From NCBI RefSeq assembly GCF_036321535.1, contig NC_087437.1:18478001-18542000 (forward strand): a stretch of DNA of 64,000 bases. The letters run 5' to 3'. A model generated the notes under the pieces. It was not told the origin of the DNA, did not search any database, and worked only from the letters and a program-made list of their open reading frames with translations. Source of the stretch: Camelus dromedarius. Taxonomy: Eukaryota. Made by a program: the position numbers and the translations under genes. Of this stretch, positions 25,621-39,000 are shown piece by piece. The stretch's first letter is position 1. Every line of letters starts with the position of its first letter.

Positions 25621-26269
25621 AACAAAATCTGTGAATGTGTTAATTACAATATTACCTGGTTACCTGCTGTTTAGTTCGGGCCTTCCCATCCCTGTTTCAG
25701 CCAAATCTGTGCCATTTTCGTCTGTGGAGTGCGGTCCTGAGTGGGATTTAGGACAAAAGGCTCCACTCCCTCTGGTGAAGGTTCAGTCTTCCTACCCCAC
25801 CGCCACTGAAAATATTGGGGAAACTGCGTGTCTCCCCACTGGTCCTCAGCTATAGGTCCTATTTTCTTAGCTCCTTCATTTTATATCCAGACCAAATAAT
25901 TCAAGGATGTCAGAGCTCGAAGGACCTGAAGGCCCAGGAGCCCCACCCCTCCTTTCATACTTGAGGAGACCAAGGCCCACAGAAGGGAGCTGCTCTTGTG
26001 TATGGGTCATAGTCTGGCCTGTGTACCTGCCAGGCCTTGCCCCTCTGCTGTGCTGAGTGACCCAGGAAGATGTGGAGGGGTGACAGGCTGCGTGGACAAG
26101 GTCACTTTCCCAGGCAGGGCCTCAGGGTGTCTACCTGAGGAGATGTGGGTTCCTGGGGGTCCTGGATAGCTCGTCCAGTGGCTTTCTGTGCCACCCACAC
26201 ACTGGTGACTCCTCCTTCTGTCTCTCTTTCCCCTCTTCTCAGTTTCTGTCTTAAGTCTCCACGTACCTA

Positions 26270-26822
26270 TTTGAAGTTCCATGTAGGTGCCTGAGAGTTT
26301 CTGAAGTGTGTTTCCAAAACTGAGCCCCCCGACCCTGTTTTCCCCGTCTCTCCCACTCAGTATATGATGCCACCATTCATTCAGCTCAGGCCCTAAACTG
26401 CCCTCGTCCTCTGCTGTTCTCTCTCATCCCCCGTGTCCCTACATTTCCCCCCAGGAGCCCTGCTCCTGTTGTCTCTGTCTTAGAAAGTGGCCTGAATCTG
26501 GTCACTTCTCTTAGCCCCCGCCCCACCCTACCCTTGGTCCAGCCCTCCATCCTGTCTTGCTGGACTATTTCCTAACCTCCTGACTGGTGTCCCTGCTTTC
26601 ACTCTCCGTCTGTGTTGCCCCAGCAACCAGAGTAAACTTTGCAAATGTCCTATAGATCATGTCACTCTTGCCCAGTGTCTCCAGTGGCCCCTGTCATGCT
26701 TAGAAGGAAGTCAGCCTTACCCCTGTGCACCAGCCCCACCCCAACCCCCATGGCCTGCCTAGAACACCGCCTGATATGTAGTAAGCTCTCAAAATAGTTC
26801 TTGAATGAATGAATGAATGAAA
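26270..26822 (+). mobile_element. L2 LINE 3' portion
   Basis: L2 motifs ending in a (GAAT)n tail near 26803-26820. Confidence 0.7.
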
Positions 26823-28132
26823 TTAAATAGGTTTCACATTCATGTATTCCTTCAGCTACTATTTGAGTACTGTTTGTGCCAGGCTCCAAGTAGACGGGTG
26901 ACACACAGACCAAGTCCCTGGCTCTGGGAACTGACAGTCCAGCTGGGGGCCTTTTAAATGGGCAGTGAAAACAGTGCCATGAAGGGTCCATTTGGGGGTG
27001 GAGAGAGTCACGGGGGCTCTGGCAGCAGAATTCTGTGAGTCAGAGTAGATCACCAAGGCACAGGGAGCAGAGAGGGAAGTGGCTGGGGGAGGGAATCCCA
27101 GGCCCAGATGAGGATACAGTCTCCCATAGACACTCCTGTAGGACTTCTTTGCATCAGTGCTGCTCCAGGGGCCTGAGTATATTAACTCAAAACATCCCTG
27201 ACAAGCCCTGTTTTAGGAAGAGGAGGCACAGAGACATGAGCTTGCCCAGGGTCACAGGCTGGGAATCAGGAGGCAGACTCAGCCCAGAACCTGGCTTCAA
27301 GATCTGGAACCAACCTCCACTGCCTCCAGGAGAGGGGAAGCGGGTCTGGTCAGGGAGAGCAAGCTGGGAGAGTGGGGAGGGGCCGTGCTGGGCGGTGGCT
27401 TACAGGTCACTGAGGGGTTCCCACTTCAGGACCCCCACATGGCCAGAGTGGGTCAGGCTTGCAGATCTACAGAAAGACCCCCAGCTGTGGCCGCGACCTC
27501 CCTGAAACAGGGAGAGCATTTCATCTCAGGAGAATAGGCGTATGAGGTGGGGGTAGTGAGGGGATGGGTGGGTTGAGGGAAGAGCCTTTGTGGAGAAGGT
27601 CCCCCCAGCCTCCCTCTCCCCAACTGCCCCAGCTCCCACGTCCCTCCAGCCCTGGAGCAGCCCCTCCTGGGTGACGAGGGCCCTGGCTCTCAGGAAGCCG
27701 CTCCTCCCCCACGGCCTACCTGGTATCTGTCCGCACAGGGCCCAAAGACCCTTCCTGACCCAGGATGGCCTCTTCAGAGCTTCCCTCAGGCTTGTCCCGG
27801 GGCTTTCCTCCCTCGGGGCTGCAAGGTATAAGCACTGTGTCCATTTTACAGAGGAGGAAACGGAGGCTCGGAGGCAGGTAACCTCCCCAAGAATCAGCTT
27901 GTAAGACCTGCAGCAGGGATCGAAGCCCACACCTGGGGACTCCAGAGGAATTTGCAGCCGAGTTGATCACTGACCTCATGAGGCTTTTCTGCAGGTGGAG
28001 AATGAAGGCCCAGGGAGCACCGTGGGTTAGAACTGGTTGGTCCACAAATGAGTCAGAGCCTCACACTGCGGTGCCTGAGGCCCCGCTGGGCCCTTAGAGC
28101 GCTGGGCCCTGGGAGCTTGTGGGGACAGCTGA

Positions 28133-28369
<237 letters not shown>

Positions 28370-29587
28370 TGAGGGCGGCTGGGCCGGGACCTCCCCACGC
28401 CTGGCTCAGGTGGGCTCCGTCTGTCTGTCTGTCTCAGATCTTCAGGTGAAAACTGAAGCACGAAGGGCAGAGCTGAATTCAGACCTAGATCCCTCAGACA
28501 CCCACCAGCTCCCACCCTCTCTCTTTCCAGGTGGCCAGGGGTCTCCATGCACCCAAGGCCCCAAGGATTCAGCTCCCACCCATCTCTCCTAAACTGTCCC
28601 CAATGATGAATCAAGGGAACATAAGTAACATCTGTTTCCGCTCCAATTTAACCAAGTTTTATTCCAAAGAAAAAGTGAATTTTCTTTCCAGTATACATTG
28701 CAATTGGCTAAATCACATTTGACTGTAAGATTTACAAGCCTGTAATTAAAGGCTCATTTTTTCCTTAGCATAGTATCGACTAGTTAAATAGTTTGGAGTC
28801 TGTTTTAAGCCCAACTGGTCTTTTTAGTTAATTGGCTCTTAAAGAGGCAATGTTAAAGTCAAAGGATAAACTAATAGGAAAACAGCAAACTTTGAAAAAA
28901 TCTTGGTAAATTTGAAAGAACCAGTTAACACCTGTCTCAAAGGCAAATTGCTAATAACTTTTCAAGATAAAGGGATATGTACACATACACATATGCAAAA
29001 AGCTATGAAGAATAAATGTGGATTAAGCCCCTGACTATAGGACTTTCTAAAGAGAAAACATAAATGACTCAGATGTGGAAAAATATTCAGTCTTCTTGCT
29101 AATCAAAGAAGTGCAAGGAAGAATAATAAAGTACCATGTTTCACCCACCAAATTATAATTTTTTTAATGAAAATACTCAGTGTTGACAATGATGCTGTGA
29201 GACTTCCATTTCGTTCACTTTTGGGCAGCAATTTGGCCACATGTGCCAATGGGAATCTTTAAGGCAGACATACCTCTGAACCCCTCCCTCCCTCTCCTGG
29301 GAGCCATCCTGATTTTGCAGCTGCCATTTAGTAAGTGACAACTGTGCGCCAGCCCCTGGCCCTGGTGCTCTTCATGAGTCATTGCTGGCGACCAGAGCAT
29401 GATGGCCTGTGTTGGGGGTGCATCAGGGTGACGGGGAGATGGGAGGAGTCACCTGGGAACCCAGCAGTGCAGAGCCAGGGGTTCCCTGGAGAATCCCAGC
29501 TCACTTTGCAACAGGCCTAAGGCTTCAAACCAAGGCAGCCCCCAGGCCTCTTTTCCTTTTCTGGAGATGTGGAGGGAAAGACTCTGA

Positions 29588-29914
<327 letters not shown>

Positions 29915-30574
29915 TAGGTAATGGGCTGGATTCCACAGAGCAGCCTCATGGGGCACATGCGATGTGGGATATTTTGTGAAACCAGACGGCAGACCAGAGA
30001 GAAAGCACCCCTTGTCAGTCATCAGAGGCCCTGCTGTGGGGAGCAGGGACCCTCACGGTGGGCTGGACAGGCCAACTCCTGGCCCTGATGCTGCAGGTTC
30101 ATTGCTGGGCTGTGCAGGGGGTTGGCTTGTGTCCCCTTCTCTGAGCCAGCACCTGACTGTGTGAGAATCGTCAGCTCAGCTGCCTCCCCTGAGCCCTGCT
30201 CTGTGCTGGGGTTGTGCTGGGGGAGCGTCTACTCCCCCAGCCACACGTTGAGGTCGGTACCACTGTCTCCATCTTGTAAGTGATCAAACCGAGGTCTGCC
30301 CAGGCCACAGTGTGTGTCAGTAGACATCTTTGGTTTTGTTTCTGTTTTATTTTTGTTTTCAGTTCATTGTGATACCCCTTTGCCCACTGGATGGTGGGGC
30401 CGCTGGGCTTCTTCCCACCCCTCCCCCACCTCAGCACAGCCACGCCCGGCCTCATGGGTCAGTTGTGTAGGCGTCCACCTGGGACGTCTGCAGGGCTGCG
30501 CCTTCCCCCTGCCCGGTGGGCCCAGCTCTGTGAGTAGAGGAAGGGGGTTCAGTGACAGGTCTGCTTGTCTGCTT

Positions 30575-31930
30575 TCTGTGTTTATTCACGTGTTCATTCA
30601 ATGGTCCTAGACCCTGGGAAACAAAACCCTTGCCACAGGGCACTTACTTCTGGTGGCAGCAGACAGACAATAAAGGAAGCAGATTAGAACGTGTGAGAAG
30701 GGGACCTGTGCTGGGGGTGGAGTAAATCAGGGATGGCGGTAGGGAACGTGAAGTGGAGTGCTTTTCCGGATGGGTGGTCAGGGAGCACCTCGCTGGGAAG
30801 GTGCATGTCAGCGAGGACTGACAGGAGGTGAGGGAATACGTCCTCTGGATACCTGGGGAAAGAATGTTCCAGCAGAGGGAATAATCAGTGCAAAGGCCCG
30901 GAGGTGGGAGTTTGAGCAACAGCAAGGGGCATAAGGAGGCCAGTGTGGCCATAGCAGAAGGAGTAGGAGGGTGAGTAGCAGGAGGCAAGGTCAGAGAAGT
31001 GGTTTGAGGCCAGATGGGCTTTTACTCAGAGTGACAGAGAAACCTTTCAAGGGTTTTGACTGAGTGACTTGGCCTGGCTCACGACCGAACAGCTGCCCTC
31101 TGGTGGCCGTGAGGAGAAAGGTCTGTGGGGGCTGCCCAGAACCCCGTGCAGGCAGGCTGACGTGGACCAGTGTCGGGCTCATGGACGTGGCAAGAAGTGG
31201 TTGGATTCTGGGTAGATTTCTGAGAGCTGACAGGATTTGTTTACAGATTAGATGTGGAGTGAGGGAGAGAGGATTTGAGGATGATGCCGAGGAACTTTCA
31301 GAAGACTGGAGTTCCAGTAACTGGGCAGGGGGACCGGAGCAGTGAGCATGTGGGGGAGACCAGGAGTCTTGTTTTAGATCCTTGGTTTGAGGAACCAAGT
31401 GGATAATCAAGTGGCGATATCAAGACAGCTGTCAGGTAGACTATCTGGAGGTAAATATTGGAAATCAGCAGAGTGTGGGTAGAATTTAAATCCATGAAAC
31501 CAGACTAAATCTTAAAAGTTCTCATCACAAGAAAAAAAATTCTGTGGTGATGGGTGTTAACTAGACTTATTGTGGTGATCATTTTGCAATATATACAAAT
31601 ATCGAATCATGATGTTGTACACCTGAATCAAATAGAATGTATGCTATACATTAATTATACCTCAGTTTTATGTATATATATGCACACACACACATAAAGG
31701 AAAAAGAAAACAAAGCCATGAAACCCAAGTGAATGAGTGTAGGTAGGGCAGGGTCCCGGGACTGACACTTGGGGCACTTTGGTGCGGTGGGAGGAGGGGG
31801 TGAGGAGGAAGGAACAAAAGGGACTGAGCGGTCAGTGCTGTGTGAGGACCAGAGTGGGGTCTTGGGGGCCAGGGAAATAAAATGCCTCAAGAAGGAAGGA
31901 GTGATCACCCAAGACAGGTGTGCTCAGTGG
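30575..31930 (-). mobile_element. L2 LINE fragment interrupted by an L1 3' end
   Basis: ttcattcaa start; aatgttccagcagagggaat...gtgcaaaggcc motifs. Boundaries approximate. Confidence 0.75.
31502..31711 (+). mobile_element. L1MA-type 3' end
   Basis: atcttaaaagttctcatcacaag...tgttgtacacctga; TSD AAA(T/G)CCATGAAACC at 31488-31501 and 31712-31725. Confidence 0.85.
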
Positions 31931-32367
31931 TCTCTAGGTGAGGACCAGAACTGACCTCTGGGTTAGCACTGGACGCAGGCCTCACACACAGGAGGGAGGC
32001 ATGCCTTCCACTGGCCGGCATCCTGAACTCCACAGCCTCAGGCCCCATACAGTGAGCTGATGCTCGGGGCCTTCACAGACCCCTTCTGGAGTCCCTCCCA
32101 CCGCCCTGGGTGTCTGGCAGCAGTGGGGGAAGGGCACTGCACGGGGTAGCAATAACCCCATTCTGCAAGGAAAAGGGAATAAGACACTGCAGGCTAAGCG
32201 AATTCCAGGGGCCTCACAGCTGATGAGTAGTTCCCCCCTAACCCCCACCCCTACCCACAAGAAACCAGGTCTCCAGTCTCTCAGCCTTTGTTTCTCCTAC
32301 AGTGAATGCCGCTGCCTCATTTATCATTTAACCAAATGACCCTGCGAGCTACTGTCCTAATTTGTGA

Positions 32368-32536
32368 TTTTTTAATTTTGTTTTGTTTTGGGTTTTTTGT
32401 TATTGTTGTTGTTTTAATTTGGGGGGAGGGGTTAGGTTTGTTTGTTTGTTTGTTTGTTTAACAGAGGGACTGGGGATTGAGCCCAGGACCTTGTGCTTGC
32501 TAAGCATGCAGTCTACCACTGAGCTCTACCTTCCCC
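32368..32536 (-). mobile_element. tRNA-Ala-derived camelid SINE (antisense) with (TTTG)n tail
   Basis: tggggattgagcccaggacc...ctaccactgagctctaccttcccc; ctaattt on both flanks. Confidence 0.85.
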
Positions 32537-34407
32537 TCTAATTTTCAAGCTCATAAGGCAAGTTCCTCTTTAGCTGACGCAGCAAGGCCGCCCCCACCTG
32601 GTGCAGGAAGATGGAGCTTCCTAGCCCTGTAGTGGAGTCAAATAATACTGCCGTTTGTTGCAGTTCAGTTTACTTTAAGACCTGTGACTATGAAGTCCTA
32701 GAATTCTAAGAAACCAGATCATGTGCATCAGCATTTCTTCAGAAGCAGGACCCCCAGAAAGAAGGTGGAGGTGTCTGGGGACCTGGGGGTATTACAAGTG
32801 TGCTTGTGAGTGGGACGGCCAGCAGCAGAGGTCTGAGGCCCCAGGAACCAGGGATTTACTGAGCCAGCAGGATTATAGGCCATGAAGGGGCTCAGGGGAA
32901 TCTCAGCCCCGCTGCCCTCCCACTTCCCCCTAGGGGAGCACAGGAAAGAACTTCCTGCCCTCACAAGGTTGCACTGGACTCCGGCTCCTGGGAGCTATCG
33001 AGGTGCATGCCACACTTGGACGAGGCTCTGAAGCGGACCTCAGCACTCCCACCTGTCCGGGTGAGGCCAGGTGGGAAGTGGACCGTGTACCTTGTGCAGA
33101 TCATGATTCTCTGTTGGCCACTGTGTGGCCTTGGGCCAGTACATCACCCCTCTGAGCTCTGCCTCCCCAGTGCACCATGGAGATGTTTGCTTACTTACCT
33201 CAGAGTGTTAACATGAGAATTAGTGAGGTCAGGGGTGTTGAGACCTGAGAGGCCAAGCAGCCCACGGTCATCTCAGTGAGTGGTCCACAATCTAACAGCC
33301 TAACAGTGGTTGGAAGGCAGTTTCCCCTCAGGGTTATCAGAGGCTCAAATATTTGTCGAATGAAGATTTCAAAGGTCCAGGTTGTGTCCTTGGTGCCTTG
33401 TGTCTGGGTCAGCTCCAGCAAGACCCCTGCTAGAGCCACAGCCGTGTGGGAACATCTGATCCCCTGTGATGATCGTTAATGGCCTGGTATTTATGATGTG
33501 TTCCGGGCCATCATTTACAATGCGCTCCTCTTGAGTCACAACTTACCCCGTCACACAGCATCCACCGCCATCGTTTAAAGTGTTGGATCTGTTTTGTTTT
33601 CTTCACTATGCTTTTCTTTTTAAAATCTATTATAATGAAATACCTTAATTTTGTTATATCAGGAGAAAGTTGCAAAAAACACCAAAGTTCTTCAGTCTAA
33701 TCATAGTCGGCTTACCTGCATCTCATCTAGGGAGGCTGTGTGCATTGTCTGGACCTTATACTCTCTTCCCTTGTGGGAGAGTGATGGTGAGCCTCCTGCC
33801 TTTGTGGGGTCCCTGTTAAAATAGAAGGCTGTGTCCTGACCTCACAGGGCCTTTGTTCTCCTCCCTGTGCCAGCCTGAGACTTGGGGTAGACGTGGATGG
33901 CCCTATAGGGTCTCCTCCACCACATCTCCTGACCACTGTTGCCTTCCAGACTGGTGATGATGACTCAGCCTTAGACGTGCAGACATAAGCCTTCCGTAAA
34001 CGTGGCTGAGCTCCGGGCTCATAGATGCAGGCCACGCAAGAGCTGGGCCAGGCAGGCTGGTTGTGGGCGGTGGGACGTGCAGATTGCCCAGGTCGTTAGG
34101 GTGCAAAGTCTGGCCCAGGGCCCAGCCTCCCCTCAGCCTTTCCTGCCAGAGTCCCCGCTGGAAGGCCTGGAGAGAGGAGCAGAAGTCCCCCAAGGCAGAG
34201 AAATAGACCTCAGAAAGCAAAATGAGTAGAATCAGAACACGTGGCTGTTTGATAAATGAAGCAGTCTTCAAGTGTATAAAAAGATCATTTTCATTCTATT
34301 TTTAGGCAGCTATTAAATATCTCTGTGACCAGAAGACAAGAGAGAATCAGCAGAGCTGTCAGTAAAACTTTCTGACTTTAAAGAGTGAGAAGCCACCAAA
34401 GGCTTGA

Positions 34408-34617
<210 letters not shown>

Positions 34618-35974
34618 TGAGCAATGCTCGCCTGCCTGGAAGCAGGGTCTCCGCGGCAGGAAGGGCTCCAGGAGGGCTGGAGGAGCACGTGCCTTGTCCG
34701 AGGCCCAGGCTGGATGGTTCTGGGCCTGTTTTTGGATTTCCTGTACTTCCATCCATCTCTACCCCTCCCACCTTCCTGCCCGAGCTGTCAGCTGGGCCTC
34801 CTCCCTGACCTCCCCTGTGGCCTGTTGCTCAGGCTCCTGGAGGGCAGCGCCCCCCCATCCAGCCCCTGGTGTTCTCCCAACACCAAAGCCACCAACACAG
34901 TAAAAAGTAGGTGCCTCTCCTCTTCCCTGATGTCAGAGTGCCCCTGAACATTTCACCTGGACAACCAACATTCTGATTTCTCAGCTCCAAGTGCGGAGGC
35001 GTTGCCTGTGTGTCTCCTTACCAGACCCCACACACTATCAGTCTGCAAGGATTGTCAGAAATCCCAGCCCGTCATCTCTTTTACCTTCCTTTGCATAGTC
35101 GGGCTCTAGACCTCAATCATCTCGTGCTTAGATACCTGAGATGGCCTCCTGGCTCGTCTCACTGTCCCCCATCTTTCTTGTTTCCAAAATCCTCGTTGTA
35201 CAGAGCTCCCTAACCAGTGGTTCTCAGACATCATGTGTTAGTATGTCGTCTTATGCTGGTGACCTCTCAGGCTGTTGCTTAGTTACAGAATCACAGGCAG
35301 GGCTTTAACAGTGGCTCTCAGCGCCCCCAGCGCCTGCGCGTGCACACGCACGTGCACGCACACCCCCCCACCCCCCCACCCCCCCCCACACCCAACAGCC
35401 TCCTTTTCTCTTTATTCCCAGCATGGACTGTGGTTTGCAGCCTTCACCTTATGCTCTAGCTGGCAGTCCTGCACTCATTAAATGGTGTTCTCATGGGCAT
35501 TTTGCCTCCAGTCAAGATCTGCTACCTCATCAGGAGGTGTGCTGTCTTGGTTCTGGACCTCTAGTTCCGAGGGCAGGTTTTAGACACAGGAAAAATAAAC
35601 AGAAAACATGTAAAAAGCTTTTGTACTCAGTTGACCCATCATTTTATTTAAAATATGAAACACAGAAACGGGGGCCAACACTATAACAGATAACACAGCC
35701 TGTGATTGAAATGAATGGAGCCACAGTGTGGTATCAGTTCTCACCAGTTGGATGGCGGGTTTTGCTCTGCCTTCTCTCCCTTCCCACTTTCCCTGCCTTA
35801 GAGATGCTGTCCAGGCCAGGTCCTCCTCTCCCTCCCCGACCTATGCCCCCTCCCCCTCCAGAACCAGAACAGACCTCCTAGCCGCCGCTGCAGACCCAGG
35901 GACCGGGGAGGACAGAGCAGAGAGAAGCAAAGCCCTCTCTAATGTCCTTATTCTGCCCTCCCTTGTCTCAAAAG

Positions 35975-36074
35975 GCAACAGATTCCAGAAAAAAGCCAGA
36001 AGAAGAAGAAGAAAACCAAATGGCGGGGAGACCGGGCCACAGGCACCCACAAACTGCAATGCGTGATATTGTGA
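35975..36074 (+). CDS. MRAS: MRAS last coding exon; polybasic hypervariable region and CAAX box CVIL
   Basis: Acceptor ccttgtctcaaaag|[36 protein letters not shown] at 36072-36074. Confidence 0.97.
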
Positions 36075-39000
36075 TGGCCCGAGGCCCTGGGCACAGTGAC
36101 TGGGAACTGGCCAGCCCTCGGGACCCCTCCACTGCCTAACCGCACTGAAGACCATTTCTAACCATGACCCCTGGCCTGAGGACTTGGCACCGAAAGGGAG
36201 AGGGGGAGGCTGGGCTGGGAGGAGAAAGGGTCTGGCTTTGTTAGAAGGGCGTGGGCTTCCCCAGGTCTCAGCAGAGACCAGGTGGTGACGGTGCGCAGAG
36301 CAGCGTCCCAGCCCCTGTGGTGACTCCACCCGGTTCCTCCCTCTCTTGGTGGCTGTGTTGTTTCTTTGAACTACATAGTGTGGGTTTGACGTGGAAGTGT
36401 TTCCTCCACGTACAAAAACAAGCCATGCTCAAGCTCTCCCCACCCTGCCCCTCGTCCACAGTGTCTGAGCTTGGATGTCTTTTCTAGATTTTTAAATTAT
36501 TTTAGTGATTATTATTTTATTAAAGGGGTCTGTGCCCACTGCCTGGTGAAGTTTCAAGTCTTCAGCAGACTTCTCGCATAACATGTCTGGAACATCGTGG
36601 TGGTGGTTTTTTAGCTGAGTTTTCCCAGCTGTGCCAAAACTCAATATGAAAGTAGAGTGACTGAGAGACCGGAAGTTCATGGCGACTGTGGCTGGAGGCC
36701 TAGGGAGAAGCGGACCCTACTCGCGGCTTATAAACTGGGGAGAAGAGAGCTGTGTTCCCCCAGAAGATTTGACTGTGGTTGAGAATACAGATATTAGGAA
36801 ATGGAATTCTATTTTGTTGAGGGGAGAGGCTGGCATGACAGTTTTAAAAGGGCTTCTCATTACCCTGGAAATGTATAAATTAAGTCCGTTGGTAGGTGTT
36901 GCAAAAGTGTTCATTCATTTTTTAGGTGGTGTGGGCTAAGTTCTGTGTTCTTCGCAGCCCTGTGAGGGCTTTCAAACATCATCTGGCCTGCCTGGTGCCT
37001 CTGATACAAACACACCGCCAAGGCTTGTATGTTTTCCGTGTCAAAGTAAGCTAATTTTTACATCATCTGGAAAACTCCAGTAAGTGCTAAATCTTAACCA
37101 AAAATGATCCAATACTGTTCTTACTAAAACAGCACCAAGACCTGAAGCCATTTGCCCTTTGAGTCAACCGACTGTCACTTCTGAAGCCCAGTAAATGAGC
37201 AAAACCCCTTTAAGCATTTGCAGACTTAGTATTAGGTTGCCTTTCTAGGACAAATTTTTATTAACCTCCTGGATCTTAACTATCTTAACTATACACTATA
37301 ATTGGAGGAGAAAGTAAGGTTGGGGTGATGACATGGCTCCCACACACCCGTTTCTATGAGGGGACCGTCCCCCAGCTCCCTGGCGATGACCCCCTCCCTC
37401 TCAGGTGCTGCTGGTGCGAGCTAGACTGGGGCCAGGTGGAGGGGCAGCTCCACTCCCGACCCCGAGAGGAGCTCCAGATGTTACAAATCAGCTACCAAGC
37501 AAACTAGGAGACCCCCAGTGGGTGGCTTGGCGCCATTTGGAGAAGGAAACCTGGGGAAAGTGAGCACCTAATTGGATGGTGAGACACCTGGCTTCTTCTC
37601 AGGTTTTGAAAGTGTACTGAGTTCCTAACTCAGCAAGATCGCCAGCACCGAGGGGCCCAGCCAAAGAGTGATTTTGCTGCAGAACAAGACAGTTGGAACT
37701 TTTGCTTGTTGAAAAATCAAACCTCTTTATTTGTCTAAATGGCCCTTTTGTATCTAACCCTAAAAGGAAAGGTAACAAAGAACATTCCAGATCAGGCACT
37801 TCCGAGCTTCCCAAGATCATGTTAATGGACCTTCAAAACACTAACAGAACAAGGCTTTTTTCCAACCCTAATGCTCCTCTGAGCCACACCCCAGCAGCCA
37901 TGGCGCAGTTGGGTGGCAGCTGCAGACTGGAGACGAGGAAAAGGCAAGACAGACAGGAAGAAGGAAGTATGGAGATGCGGTGCTGGAGGAAGTGGTGGAG
38001 CGAGACCGGAAGCCCTGCACACAGGGTAGCATCCACTGCTGGAAATCTCCCGGGCACGGACCCCTGCCCACCGTGGAGCCTGCATCTCCCTCAGGGCACT
38101 GAGCGGGTTGGGGGTCTTGCTGGATGCAGATCAGTTGATCTAGAATGAAGCCCTGAGCCATGAAGGTAACCAGACAAATGGATTCCAGCTGCTCCCAGGC
38201 TCTCCCCTCAATAAGGCTGTGTATCTGCCCTGGCCCCAGCCCCAGCTTCCAGGGCATCTAGCCTGCACTCAGCCCACAATGCCTGGGGGAGAAACTAAGT
38301 AGGGAATGGCCTTCTGCAGCCTCTGCTGTTGAGCTGATGATCAGCCTTCATCTCCCATGACCTCATTTAGCCCAGAGGTGACAGGGGTAAATAACACTTT
38401 TAAAAGACGGTTCTTTGCATTTTAGAGAACCCTGGGCCCTTGTGGCAGTGGCGGCTTCCAGAGAGGCCAGAGTGGAGTATACCCTGGGGTATCCCCAGGA
38501 CATGGTCACCTGGCAGGATCAGTCTGGAAAACCAGTTGGCCATGCTACTTCCTGAATGAGGAATCCAGTGAGACTTGTGTCTTGGATGACATTCTGGTGT
38601 TCCCACTGGTTTTCCATCTGAATAGTGCTACCTTCACATCCACTGGAGCACACCCTTCCTGAAGTCCCCACATTCCATGCCTTTGCCACTGTGTGCCCTC
38701 AGATTTCTTTCTAGTGTTCTGCCTCCCCCTCCCCCACTTAGAGGGCTCCTTTTCTCTCCAGCAGGTAATCCCAGCCATCCTTCCTACCCCCACAGCCTGG
38801 AGTGATGGCCACTCTGCCTCACAGGGGACACTTGGATGGTTTCTGTTAGGACTTTGCCCCTTACCTTCTTGTGGAGAGTACCTGGTAGCCTAGTGTGGCC
38901 TGTCTCACTTTCCCAGGAGACATGATCCACTAACACGTGGCAGCTCTAACCCGAAGGCCCCTCAGATGTGGTACAGTAAATCTGGAGCCAGAGACGGGTC

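Noticed and set aside
35319..35336. CTCF-like cagcgcccccagcgcc
   Set aside because: Four mismatches in the 5' half of the core.
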